DNA from: Eubacteriales bacterium
GTDB lineage: Bacteria; Bacillota; Clostridia; Oscillospirales; CAG-272
NCBI GenBank assembly: GCA_045576315.1
Contig: JAZNGE010000003.1
Span: 92,070 to 156,069 of the forward strand
Reading direction: 5' to 3'
DNA length: 64,000 nucleotides
Position 1 is the stretch's first letter, and every line of letters starts with the position of its first letter. This document shows positions 19,194-28,086 of this stretch, in pieces. The notes under the pieces are model-generated. The model saw only the letters and a program-made list of their open reading frames with translations, did no database searches and was not told the origin of the DNA. Position numbers and translations under genes: made by a program.

Positions 19194-20186
19194 ATGTTAA
19201 AATATATACTTAAAAGAATAGGATTATCGATACTCATACTTCTCGGTGTGTCTATGATCATATACTTCCTCATTCGTCTTATGCCCGTCGACTTCATTCA
19301 GAACAAGATCGACGCAATGAACCAGGGCGGCGCAATTATCGATGAGGCTACGGTCAAGGCAATGTACGAGATGTACGGTCTCGGTGATGATAGCTTTTGG
19401 GGAATTTTAAAGGGATATATCAGCTGGCTTGGCGCGCTGCTTAAGGGCGACCTTGGCACGAGCTTTGTTCACGGTGTCGGCGTAGCGCAGGTAATTCGTG
19501 AGCATATGGGCATTTCCTTCGCTGTTGCGCTCATAGCAACGTTCTTCGAGTTTATGATAGCGATACCTCTCGGTGTCACCGCAGCAACTCACCAGTACTC
19601 CCTTCGTGACTACATAGTAACTATTCTTGTAATGATAGGTATCTCGCTTCCGTCCTTCTTCTTCGGACAGATACTTAAGGACGTTCTTGCGATCAAGCTT
19701 GAGTGGTTCCCGGTATCCGGTCTTGTCGATGCGTCAAAATCGTACACCGGTATAAGACTTCTCGGCGACTACCTGTATCATATGTTTATTCCCATCTTGA
19801 CCGTCGTCATACTCAGCATAGGCGGACGAATGAGAATGACCAGAACCAATATGCTCGAGGTTCTTAACTCGGATTATATCCGTACCGCAAGAGCCAAGGG
19901 CTTAAAGGAAAGCAAGGTCGTTTATAAGCACGCATTCCGCAACACTCTCATCCCCGTAGTAACCACTCTTGCAGGACTTCTCCCCTCGCTCTTCTCGGGT
20001 GCAATCATCACCGAGCAGGTATTTGACCTTCCCGGTATCGGTAACGTAGCACTCTCCGCGATGAACAGAGGTGATATCCCCTTCATAATGGGATACAATA
20101 TGTTCCTTGCAGTCCTCAGCGTAATAGGTGTCCTTCTTTCCGACCTTATGTACGCCGTAGTAGACCCCCGTGTCAAATTAAAGTAA
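19194..20186 (+). CDS. oppB: Oligopeptide ABC transporter permease
   Basis: GDLGTS, DYIRTARAKGL (EAA motif), DPRVK end. Confidence 0.92.
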   Translation: MLKYILKRIGLSILILLGVSMIIYFLIRLMPVDFIQNKIDAMNQGGAIIDEATVKAMYEMYGLGDDSFWGILKGYISWLGALLKGDLGTSFVHGVGVAQVIREHMGISFAVALIATFFEFMIAIPLGVTAATHQYSLRDYIVTILVMIGISLPSFFFGQILKDVLAIKLEWFPVSGLVDASKSYTGIRLLGDYLYHMFIPILTVVILSIGGRMRMTRTNMLEVLNSDYIRTARAKGLKESKVVYKHAFRNTLIPVVTTLAGLLPSLFSGAIITEQVFDLPGIGNVALSAMNRGDIPFIMGYNMFLAVLSVIGVLLSDLMYAVVDPRVKLK

Positions 20187-20202
20187 AGGAGCCGTAACCG
20201 AA

Positions 20203-21285
20203 ATGGAAGAGAATAAAACACTCCCCGAAGTTGAAGCTATGGCTTCCGAAGAGGTAAGCGAGGTATCCGCAAAGAGCGCGGATACCGAAGCTCCCCTTGA
20301 TAAAAATTTAAGACTTATGTCCCCGACCCGTATGGTCGTGCGCCGTTTCTTCCGTTCCAAGCTGAGTATCATCGGTCTTGTAATGGTAATCGCGCTCTTC
20401 GTATTCAGCTTCGCCGGCCCTCTTATTTACAGCACCTGGGGCGAGATCGAGCTTGACGAGTCGGGCAAAACGCAGTACGCAACCTCGTCCTACACCTATA
20501 TAGACGAGGACGGTAACAAGATCACCGTTAACCAGACGATAGAGAAGGAGCTGCGCATCAACGCGCTCGCGCCCCCCTCGCTTGAGCACCCCCTCGGTAC
20601 TGACAAGCAGGGATACGACGTTCTTGTCCGTCTTATGTACGGCGGCCGTATCTCCCTTATCGTAAGCTTCCTTGCCGTGTTCGTTATCACCATTCTCGGT
20701 GTCGTTCTCGGCGGTATAGCAGGCTACTTTGGCGGCATCATCGACAACGTCATCATGCGTATATGCGATATACTTATGTGTCTTCCCGGTGTCCCGATCC
20801 TTCTTATCATAAGCTTGATCCTAGACTCCGCGGGAGTCCCCGGTAAGTATAAGATATATCTTCTTATGATCTATCTCACCCTCTTCTCCTGGACGGGTAC
20901 TGCCCGCCTTGTAAGAGGTCAGATACTCTATCTTCGTGAGCAGGAGTATATGGTTGCCGCAGAGGCAATGGGCTACTCCGTGCCCCGTAAGATATTCAAG
21001 CATCTCGTACCCAACGTAATGCCTCAGCTGATAGTTCAGATGTCCCTTTCCCTCGGCGGTATGATACTCTACGAGGCGACTCTGTCCTACCTTAACCTCG
21101 GCGTTCCCGCACCCTATGCGGCATGGGGTACGATGATCAACATCATATCTACCGATATGGATATTCTTAAGAACTACTTTAACGTATGGGGCCCCGCAGG
21201 TATCTGTATCGTTATCGCCGTTCTTGGATTCAACTTTGTTGGCGACGGTCTTCGTGACGCGCTCGACCCGAAGATGAGGAGGTAA
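20203..21285 (+). CDS. oppC: Oligopeptide ABC transporter permease
   Basis: HPLGTD..G.DV..RL.YGGRISL; GDGLRDALDP. Confidence 0.92.
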   Translation: MEENKTLPEVEAMASEEVSEVSAKSADTEAPLDKNLRLMSPTRMVVRRFFRSKLSIIGLVMVIALFVFSFAGPLIYSTWGEIELDESGKTQYATSSYTYIDEDGNKITVNQTIEKELRINALAPPSLEHPLGTDKQGYDVLVRLMYGGRISLIVSFLAVFVITILGVVLGGIAGYFGGIIDNVIMRICDILMCLPGVPILLIISLILDSAGVPGKYKIYLLMIYLTLFSWTGTARLVRGQILYLREQEYMVAAEAMGYSVPRKIFKHLVPNVMPQLIVQMSLSLGGMILYEATLSYLNLGVPAPYAAWGTMINIISTDMDILKNYFNVWGPAGICIVIAVLGFNFVGDGLRDALDPKMRR

Positions 21286-21291
21286 TGCGGA

Positions 21292-22629
21292 ATGAAAAAG
21301 ACTACTGACAAGCTTGAAATAAAGACCGGCAGTAAGGATTCTCATTACCTCTCCGGTAAAGAAATACGCGAAATATCCAAGGCAAACGCCAAGGTTATGA
21401 ACGCGCTTGAAAAGTATAAGAACCGTAAAGCACCCGAGTCCGAGTTTCTCACCGAAATGCAGGACGACAAGAACATCCTTGAGATAGAGGATCTCCACAC
21501 CTACTTCTTCACCGACCAAGGTGTCGTAAAGGCGGTAAACGGTGTTTCCTTCGTAGTTCCCAAGAATGCTACCGTAGGTATCGTTGGCGAGTCCGGCTGC
21601 GGTAAATCGGTTACAAGTATGTCCGTTATGCGCCTTCTCCAAGGCCCGCAGGGACAGATCTACTCCGGCTCTATTCGCTTCAAGGCGTATGACTACGTCG
21701 TTGACGAAAAGGGCAAGCCCAAGCCCGTATACGAAACCGATGAAAACGGCAACGTAGTATACGAGGACGTTACCGATAAAAAGGGTAACGTCGTAAGCAA
21801 GCCTAAGCAGAAGACCGATGCTCAGGGCGTCCTTCAGTACGAAACCGAGGAGAAGATCTACGACATCGCAAAGATGCCTATGCATGAGATACACCGTATC
21901 CGCGGTAAGCAGATCGCAATGATCTTCCAGGAGCCCATGACCTCTCTGAACCCTGTGTTTACCATAGGTCAGCAGCTCGATGAGGTCACCTTTATCCACG
22001 TTCCCGGCGCAACCAAGGAAATGGCAAAGGCCAAGTCCATGGAAATGCTTAACCTCGTTGGTATAGCAGCCCCCGAGCGTGTCTATAAGTCGTTCCCCCA
22101 CGAGCTTTCGGGCGGTATGCGTCAGCGTGTAATGATCGCTATGGCGCTTGCTTGCAACCCCCGTCTTATCATCGCCGACGAGCCTACCACAGCTCTTGAC
22201 GTTACCATTCAGGCACAGATCCTTGATCTGCTCCGCGATATCAAGGATAAGATGGACGGCTCGATCATGCTTATCACCCACGACCTCGGCATCATCGCCG
22301 AAATGGCTGATTACGTCGTCGTAATGTACGCCGGCAGAGTAATAGAGCAGGGTACAGTGCGCGAGATCTTCCATAATCCCATGCACCCCTACACCCAGGG
22401 ACTTCAGAAGTCCAAGCCCACTCTCGATTCCGACAGTGACACCCTCTTCAACATCCCCGGCAACGTACCTAACCCAATCAATATGCCCTCGTACTGCTAC
22501 TTCAAGGAAAGATGCTCGCAGTGCACGGCTAAATGCTCGGGCGAATACCCCGGCATGATACAGGTGAGCCCCACTCATTACGTGGCTTGCCACCTCTATA
22601 ACGAAAAGGAGGAGAATAACAATGGCTGA
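21292..22629 (+). CDS. oppD: Oligopeptide ABC transporter ATP-binding protein with an internal insertion
   Basis: GESGCGKS, FQEPMTSLNP, LSGGMRQR, ADEPTTALD, C-terminal Cys cluster. Confidence 0.92.
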   Translation: MKKTTDKLEIKTGSKDSHYLSGKEIREISKANAKVMNALEKYKNRKAPESEFLTEMQDDKNILEIEDLHTYFFTDQGVVKAVNGVSFVVPKNATVGIVGESGCGKSVTSMSVMRLLQGPQGQIYSGSIRFKAYDYVVDEKGKPKPVYETDENGNVVYEDVTDKKGNVVSKPKQKTDAQGVLQYETEEKIYDIAKMPMHEIHRIRGKQIAMIFQEPMTSLNPVFTIGQQLDEVTFIHVPGATKEMAKAKSMEMLNLVGIAAPERVYKSFPHELSGGMRQRVMIAMALACNPRLIIADEPTTALDVTIQAQILDLLRDIKDKMDGSIMLITHDLGIIAEMADYVVVMYAGRVIEQGTVREIFHNPMHPYTQGLQKSKPTLDSDSDTLFNIPGNVPNPINMPSYCYFKERCSQCTAKCSGEYPGMIQVSPTHYVACHLYNEKEENNNG

Positions 22630-23740
22630 TGAAAAGATAGTCACCGAAGCAGAAGCGAACGCCAAGTCCGCTCCCGCTACCGAAGCTCCTCTTTGGGACG
22701 ACGCAGCCGAGGAAAAGAAATTCCTTGATGCACGCGCACGTCAGATAGAGGAAGACAGTAAAAAGCCTATCGATCCCGATGCACTCCTTGAGGTGCGCCA
22801 CCTTCGTAAGTGCTTTCCCATAAAGAAGAGCATTACAGGTAAGGTGCTTCAGGAGCTCGTTGCGGTTGATGACGTTTCCTTCAAGCTCAAGGCAGGCGAG
22901 ACCCTCGGTATTGTTGGTGAGTCCGGATGCGGTAAGACCACTATGGGTCGTACTCTTCTTAAGCTTCACCCCTCGAGCGGTGGACAGGTATTCTTCGACG
23001 GACGTGATATAACCAACCTCAAGTCCTCCGAAATGCGTGAGATCCGTAAGCAGATGCAGATCATCTTCCAGGATCCCTATTCCTCCCTCCCTCCGAGAAG
23101 CACCGTAGGCGGCATCCTCTCCGAGCCTGTAAACGTACATAAGATCGTTCCCAAAAGCGAGGTAAAGGATTACGTTATCGAGCTTATGGAGAAGTGCGGT
23201 CTTCGTGATTACTACTACGAGAGATATCCCCACGAGTTCTCGGGCGGTCAGCGTCAGCGTATCTGTATCGCGCGCGCCCTGTCCGTAAACCCCAAGCTCG
23301 TCGTTTGTGACGAGCCCGTATCCGCGCTCGACGTTTCCATTCAGGCACAGATAATCAATCTTCTGAAGGAGCTTCAGCTTTCGATGAACCTCACCTACCT
23401 CTTCATTTCTCACGACTTGTCGGTAGTTAAGTTCATCTCGGATAAGATAGGCGTTATGTATCTCGGTACTATGGTTGAGTTCGGTGACAAGAAGGACATC
23501 TTCTCCAATCCCCTCCACCCCTATACCAAGGCTCTCTTCTCGGCAATTCCTCACCCGAATCCCGATATAAAGATGAACCGCATAGTGCTTAAGGGTGATA
23601 TCCCCTCGCCCGCTAATCCTCCCAAGGGCTGCCGCTTCCATACCCGTTGCCCCTACGCAACCGAGATATGCAAGCACGTGACCCCCGAATATAAGGAGTA
23701 CGAGCCCGGACACTTCGCATCATGTCATCTTCTGGGCTGA
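22622..23740 (+). CDS. oppF: Oligopeptide ABC transporter ATP-binding protein
   Basis: [35 protein letters not shown]. Confidence 0.92.
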   Translation: MADEKIVTEAEANAKSAPATEAPLWDDAAEEKKFLDARARQIEEDSKKPIDPDALLEVRHLRKCFPIKKSITGKVLQELVAVDDVSFKLKAGETLGIVGESGCGKTTMGRTLLKLHPSSGGQVFFDGRDITNLKSSEMREIRKQMQIIFQDPYSSLPPRSTVGGILSEPVNVHKIVPKSEVKDYVIELMEKCGLRDYYYERYPHEFSGGQRQRICIARALSVNPKLVVCDEPVSALDVSIQAQIINLLKELQLSMNLTYLFISHDLSVVKFISDKIGVMYLGTMVEFGDKKDIFSNPLHPYTKALFSAIPHPNPDIKMNRIVLKGDIPSPANPPKGCRFHTRCPYATEICKHVTPEYKEYEPGHFASCHLLG

Positions 23741-23749
23741 TTTTGAATA

Positions 23750-24013
23750 ATGAGTAAAAAGAACAGTAAGAAAAAAGAGAAGATCAGATACGTCGACGAC
23801 GGCCGCACGATTGCCGATATGTCGGGTACAAGCAGACAAAATCCTCTGCTTGGTAACTCGTCGTTAAGCTCTCCGCGCGGCAAGCGTCGCGCCACTATGA
23901 AAGAGGCGTGGCAAACCTACTGGGCGGCGGTAAAAACTATGTTTTTGCCCATGCTCGTCGTTATGATGATCATCACCGTCGCGTTTTTGATCGTGGCGCT
24001 GATGCTCAGATGA
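23750..24013 (+). CDS. Small membrane protein of unknown function
   Basis: Tightly spaced in the operon; DDGRTIADMS motif; C-terminal TM helix. Confidence 0.65.
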   Translation: MSKKNSKKKEKIRYVDDGRTIADMSGTSRQNPLLGNSSLSSPRGKRRATMKEAWQTYWAAVKTMFLPMLVVMMIITVAFLIVALMLR

Positions 24014-24041
24014 TCTAAGACTTCAAAAAACGGAGACTCCA

Positions 24042-24554
24042 ATGAAAAAGATTGCTATGGTTATAAACGGTGCAGGCGGCGTCGGCAAGGACACCCTCTG
24101 CGACCTGGCCGATAAGCATTTCGGCGTTATGAATATCTCTACCATAACTCCCATAAAGGAGATAGCCGCACAGTGCGGCTGGGACGGTACGAAGGATGCG
24201 AAGGCTCGCAAATTCCTCTCCGACCTCAAAAGGCTTTGTGTAGAGTATAACGATTTTCCTACCGTCTGGGCAATGCAGCGTTACCGCGAGTTTCTCGCTG
24301 ACGACAGCCTCGATATCCTCTTTGTCCACATCAGAGAGGCAGGGGAGATCAAAAAATTCGTCGATGCAACCGGCGGCGAAGCAAAAACGCTTCTCGTCCG
24401 CGGCGGCGAGCGCATGAAGCGCTCGAATTACGGCAACGTCTCCGACGACGAGGTCGAGAACTATTCTTACGATTATTACTTCACAAACGATAAGCCACTC
24501 GAACAAACCGAGATTCTCTTCAAGGACTTCCTCACGTCAGTCCTCGAGGGCTAA
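24042..24554 (+). CDS. P-loop nucleotide monophosphate kinase-like protein
   Basis: VINGAGGVGKDT Walker A; 'PIKEIA' and 'FVHIRE' resemble dNMP-kinase-like proteins; RBS GGAG. Confidence 0.65.
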   Translation: MKKIAMVINGAGGVGKDTLCDLADKHFGVMNISTITPIKEIAAQCGWDGTKDAKARKFLSDLKRLCVEYNDFPTVWAMQRYREFLADDSLDILFVHIREAGEIKKFVDATGGEAKTLLVRGGERMKRSNYGNVSDDEVENYSYDYYFTNDKPLEQTEILFKDFLTSVLEG

Positions 24555-24555
24555 T

Positions 24556-24598
24556 AAAACAAGGCAACCGCCCCCATCGGAGCGGTTGCCTTGTTTTT
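24556..24598. terminator. Rho-independent terminator
   Basis: AAAACAAGGCAACCGC...GCGGTTGCCTTGTTTT. Confidence 0.8.
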
Positions 24599-24675
24599 AT
24601 TTGTTTATCATTTTGCATATAACGTTACCTTTTTGAATTAATGATACAATTATATATCATAAAAAACGAAAAGTA

Positions 24676-24713
24676 AACTCATTTGAGTTAAACTTTTTAA
24701 CTCAAAACGGTTA
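24676..24713. promoter_or_regulatory. Overlapping palindromes, putative operator of the adjacent XRE regulator
   Basis: AACTCA-TT-TGAGTT and TTTGAGTTAAA..TTTAACTCAAA directly upstream of the HTH gene. Confidence 0.45.
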
Positions 24714-24742
24714 AAATAGTAGTATCAAACTAGAAAGAAAGG

Positions 24743-24991
24743 GTGATGGTGTTGCTAGTTGGAGAAGCGGTTCGTTTGAGAATTCTTGAATTGTGCGATA
24801 AGAATAATATAACGATCAATAAGCTTGGCACGATATGCGGAATTACACAGTCAACCTTGAATAATATAGTCAGCGGCCGCAATACCGCAAACACCTCAAC
24901 CATAAAGAAAATTTGTGACGGTCTTAATATGCAGATCGAAGAATTTTGGGCGTGCGATCTGTTCCGCAATCTTGAGCCTGAAGTAAGATAA
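24743..24991 (+). CDS. XRE/Cro-C1 family helix-turn-helix regulator
   Basis: RILELC...ITINKLGTICGITQSTLNNIVSG...TIKKICDGL; the real start may be 24746-24752. Confidence 0.85.
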   Translation: MMVLLVGEAVRLRILELCDKNNITINKLGTICGITQSTLNNIVSGRNTANTSTIKKICDGLNMQIEEFWACDLFRNLEPEVR

Positions 24992-25092
24992 AAAAGACGG
25001 ATTTGCTAACGATCCGTCTTTTTCTTTTTGTCATATAAAACACGGTAAGTAGGCACCCGTGTAACGTAAAATCGCACTTTTCATCCCTTTTT

Positions 25093-25117
25093 GTAGGGGC
25101 GCATCACGAATCGCCCG
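25093..25117 (+). repeat. GTAG-type REP-like palindrome
   Basis: GTAGGGGCGCATCACGAATCGCCCG, a variant of the element at 33337, 39865 and 50110. Confidence 0.75.
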
Positions 25118-25277
25118 CCTATATATTCTTTAGAGTAGTATACATACTAATCCGTTTGCCCCCTCAACAGCCTGCCATAACTATCCACACAGGGAGCTGT
25201 ATTCTTGCAGGCTTGTGAGTTTCGCGCAGGCGCAAAACTCCTAAACCGATATCTGTGTACGAGTGGGCAAGGACAGG

Positions 25278-26738
25278 TTAAAGCAAAATACAAACCAATC
25301 CGTTTGCGCCTTCGTTTACTATGCGCTCGAGGGTCTCCGACAGCTTTTCTCTTGCCTCGTCGGGAATGTTTTCAAGCTTTGCGTTCAGTCCGTCGTTTAC
25401 AAGGTCGTAAAGCGAGCGACCAAACATATTCGATTCCCATACGCGCTGCGGCTCATCCTCTATCTCGCCTACGAGATATTTGACTACCGCCTCGCTTTGC
25501 TCCTCTGTGCCGACAACAGGGCACAGCTCGGTCTTTATGCCGGTCTTGATCATGTGTATCGAGCTTGCGTGCGCGGTTACCTTAACGCCCCATCCGCCCG
25601 ATTGCTTTGTGAGCCTCGGTTCTTCAAGGGTCAATTCCTCGGGCGAGGGCATAACGATCCCGTAACCCTTTTCCTCAACCTCGCGCAGAGCGCTCTCTAC
25701 CTTTTTGTATTCCTTTGCAACACCGGCAAGGGATACCATAGTGGTCATAAGGCTCTTGTCGTCCTTCAGCTCAATGCCCGTCATGTCCGACATCGCCGTG
25801 TAGAATTCTTCCTTTGAGATCGGCACCTCAAATTCTCCCGTGCCGTCCTTTGCCGACAGCGTACGGGTCTTAAATTTTGTGTGTGCGCCCAATTTTCTGT
25901 CTATATCGCCGAGAGTACCAACCTCGTCGGTAAACTCGTTTATCTCGTCCAAAATCGCCGTATAGATCGGGTGATCGCAGGGCAAAAGCTCGCACCACGC
26001 GGGAAGCTCAAACGAAAGCGAAGCGATCGGAAACTCCGAAAGCACAAGCTTCAGTATTTCGGCAATGTCCTCACCCGAAAGGGCGGTGCAGTTTACGAGT
26101 GCCACAGGCGCGGAATATTTCTCCTCAAGCGACAGAGCAAGCGCACGTGCTCGCTCGCTTTGCGGCTCTCTTGAATTCAAAACTATCGCAAACGGCTTTT
26201 TCTTCTCCTGAAGCTCGCGTACCACGCGCTCCTCCGCCTCAATAAAGCTGTCGCGCGGTATCTCGCCAAACGAGCCGTCGCTCGTCACCAGTATTCCAAT
26301 GGTGGAATGCTCTCCGATAACCTTTGACGTGCCAAGCTCTGCCGCCTCTGCAAAGGGCATTGGCGACTCGCTCCAAGGGGTCATAACCATTCTGAGCTCC
26401 CCATCCTCCTCGCTGCCGAGCGCCCCGTCTACAAGATATCCGACGCAGTCGATCATCTTCACGTTAAGCTCCGTGCCGTCGTCCATTCTCACCTTTACCG
26501 ACTCGTCGGGAATAAACTTCGGCTCGGTCGTCATAACCGTCCGTCCCGATGCGCTTTGCGGCGTGCCGTCCGTTGCCCTCGCCCTGTCGTATTCGTTTTC
26601 GATGTTAGGTATAACAAGGTTGTCGAGCAGCTTTTGTATAAAGGTGGATTTTCCCGTCCTGACAGGGCCTACCACACCTATATAGATGTCGCCGCCCGTC
26701 CTTTTTGCAATGTCCTGATATATGCTGGTCTGTGTCAT
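25278..26738 (-). CDS. spoIVA: Stage IV sporulation protein A
   Basis: IYQDIAKRTGGDIYIGVVGPVRTGKSTFI, PQSASGRTVMTTEPKFIP, C-terminal NEG..GL.CILL. Confidence 0.97.
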   Translation of the reverse strand: MTQTSIYQDIAKRTGGDIYIGVVGPVRTGKSTFIQKLLDNLVIPNIENEYDRARATDGTPQSASGRTVMTTEPKFIPDESVKVRMDDGTELNVKMIDCVGYLVDGALGSEEDGELRMVMTPWSESPMPFAEAAELGTSKVIGEHSTIGILVTSDGSFGEIPRDSFIEAEERVVRELQEKKKPFAIVLNSREPQSERARALALSLEEKYSAPVALVNCTALSGEDIAEILKLVLSEFPIASLSFELPAWCELLPCDHPIYTAILDEINEFTDEVGTLGDIDRKLGAHTKFKTRTLSAKDGTGEFEVPISKEEFYTAMSDMTGIELKDDKSLMTTMVSLAGVAKEYKKVESALREVEEKGYGIVMPSPEELTLEEPRLTKQSGGWGVKVTAHASSIHMIKTGIKTELCPVVGTEEQSEAVVKYLVGEIEDEPQRVWESNMFGRSLYDLVNDGLNAKLENIPDEAREKLSETLERIVNEGANGLVCILL

Positions 26739-26770
26739 TTTGCTGGCCTCCGTTGGTTTTCTTTCAAATC

Positions 26771-26799
26771 AACTTATGAGTGTCCTTTGAGAAATATTC
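26771..26799 (-). promoter_or_regulatory. Putative sigma-E promoter for spoIVA
   Basis: Minus strand GAATATT-14bp-CATAAGTT resembles the sigma-E consensus; spoIVA is an established sigma-E regulon gene. Confidence 0.45.
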
Positions 26800-26859
26800 A
26801 TTTGCACGAATAAAAACTGCCGTCGCACTCAATAATAACCTATGAAACGGAGGTAAAAT

Positions 26860-27243
26860 ATGGACAAGAAAAGCAACTTTTTTATATGCAAGCGCTGCCG
26901 CAATCTTATAGGAATGATCAATTCCTCGGGCGCGGTAATATACTGCTGCGGCGCGCCTATGGATAATATGGTACCCGAATATACGGATACCGCCGCCGAG
27001 AAGCATCAGCCCGTCGTGAAAAGAGAAGGGGACGAAATAATCGTCAACGTAGGCTCAAAAACGCATCCCATGAGCGAGGATCACGCAATAACCTGGGTCG
27101 CGCTTATCACCAATCGCGGCAACCACCGCAAGTTTCTTATTCCCGGCGAAGAGCCCGTCGTGCGCTTTCGCATAACCGACGAAATGCCCATAGCCGTCTA
27201 TTCCTATTGCAACCTGCACGGACTCTGGAAAACGCAGATATAA
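26860..27243 (+). CDS. dfx: Desulfoferrodoxin (superoxide reductase)
   Basis: CxxC...CCG centre I; EKH.P, HPM..DH.I.W, YCNLHGLW centre II. Confidence 0.9.
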   Translation: MDKKSNFFICKRCRNLIGMINSSGAVIYCCGAPMDNMVPEYTDTAAEKHQPVVKREGDEIIVNVGSKTHPMSEDHAITWVALITNRGNHRKFLIPGEEPVVRFRITDEMPIAVYSYCNLHGLWKTQI

Positions 27244-27246
27244 CTC

Positions 27247-27281
27247 AAAAGACGAGGGATCGTTAAGATTCCTCGTCTTTT
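27247..27281. terminator. Bidirectional terminator
   Basis: AAAAGACGAGGGATC-GTTAA-GATTCCTCGTCTTTT between convergent genes. Confidence 0.8.
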
Positions 27282-27289
27282 CGTTAATA

Positions 27290-28054
27290 TTATTTCTTTG
27301 GCAGCTTCACTATTTTAGGTATCTGCACGCTTGTCGGCGAGGTCACCCTCGTCACTTTTCTGCCGGGCTCTTCAAGCAGTAACGCACAGGTGGCGGGGTC
27401 TATTCCCAATACCTTGCAGGTCTGCTTTTTTCCGTCCTTCAACAGCTTGACTTTTGTTCCCGTGAGTACAAATTTCTGCAAATAAAGCGTCATAAATTTG
27501 TCGGGAGTTTTGAGAGAAGCGTAAAGAGGGAAGAACTTCGAGATAATATTCTTTGCAATTATCGATGCCAGCGTGTGATTTTCGGTTTCGAATACCTTTT
27601 TTACAAGGTCGGATAACCTCGGCGGAAAATCCTCGTCAGAGAGCATAGTCGAGAATGTGATGATTATGTACTCGTAAGAGGTAAAGTTGTCAAGCTTACC
27701 CTCGATCGTTACGCTGCCGACCTGCTTACCCTCGCAAAATACGTTGCTTACCCAACCTATTCCAAGTCTTTTTGTGGTATGCTCCTCAAGCGCCGAGACT
27801 AGCGCCACCGTCGCGAGTGAGGATAACAGGCCCGCCTGTGACGGAAAGATAGAGGGGCGCAGTATTATAGACATATGTATACCGCGCTCGTCGCTGCTGC
27901 CAAGATACTCCGCAACAACGGCGTATCTGTCGGGGTATCCGTCACGCGCATACGCGCGCGCCAATTTTACCGTAGAATCGAGTCGGTTATAGCACTCGAG
28001 CTTTACTATGTTGTTGTCCGATTCACGTACGCTTATAAGCTCGGGATTCATCAT
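27290..28054 (-). CDS. BirA/biotin-protein-ligase-like protein with degenerate catalytic motifs
   Basis: LDST, VVAE, GIHMSIILRP and a C-terminal SH3-like 'VLGIDPATCALLLE' match BPL architecture; the GRGR, KWPND and KxxG motifs are altered. Confidence 0.65.
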   Translation of the reverse strand: MMNPELISVRESDNNIVKLECYNRLDSTVKLARAYARDGYPDRYAVVAEYLGSSDERGIHMSIILRPSIFPSQAGLLSSLATVALVSALEEHTTKRLGIGWVSNVFCEGKQVGSVTIEGKLDNFTSYEYIIITFSTMLSDEDFPPRLSDLVKKVFETENHTLASIIAKNIISKFFPLYASLKTPDKFMTLYLQKFVLTGTKVKLLKDGKKQTCKVLGIDPATCALLLEEPGRKVTRVTSPTSVQIPKIVKLPKK

Positions 28055-28086
28055 CCGACTCCTTTCTACAAGATATTTTTCTTAAA

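Noticed and set aside
21685..21861. Intein in OppD
   Set aside because: Too short, with no N-terminal C/S or C-terminal HN-C/S/T splice motifs.
25181..25189. DnaA box-like CTATCCACA
   Set aside because: Single imperfect copy with no origin context.
25205..25260. Possible c-di-GMP-I riboswitch or 6S RNA
   Set aside because: GGCGCAAA and the GAAA loop are on opposite strands, and the 6S-like words occur in the wrong order; kept only as an unassigned structure.
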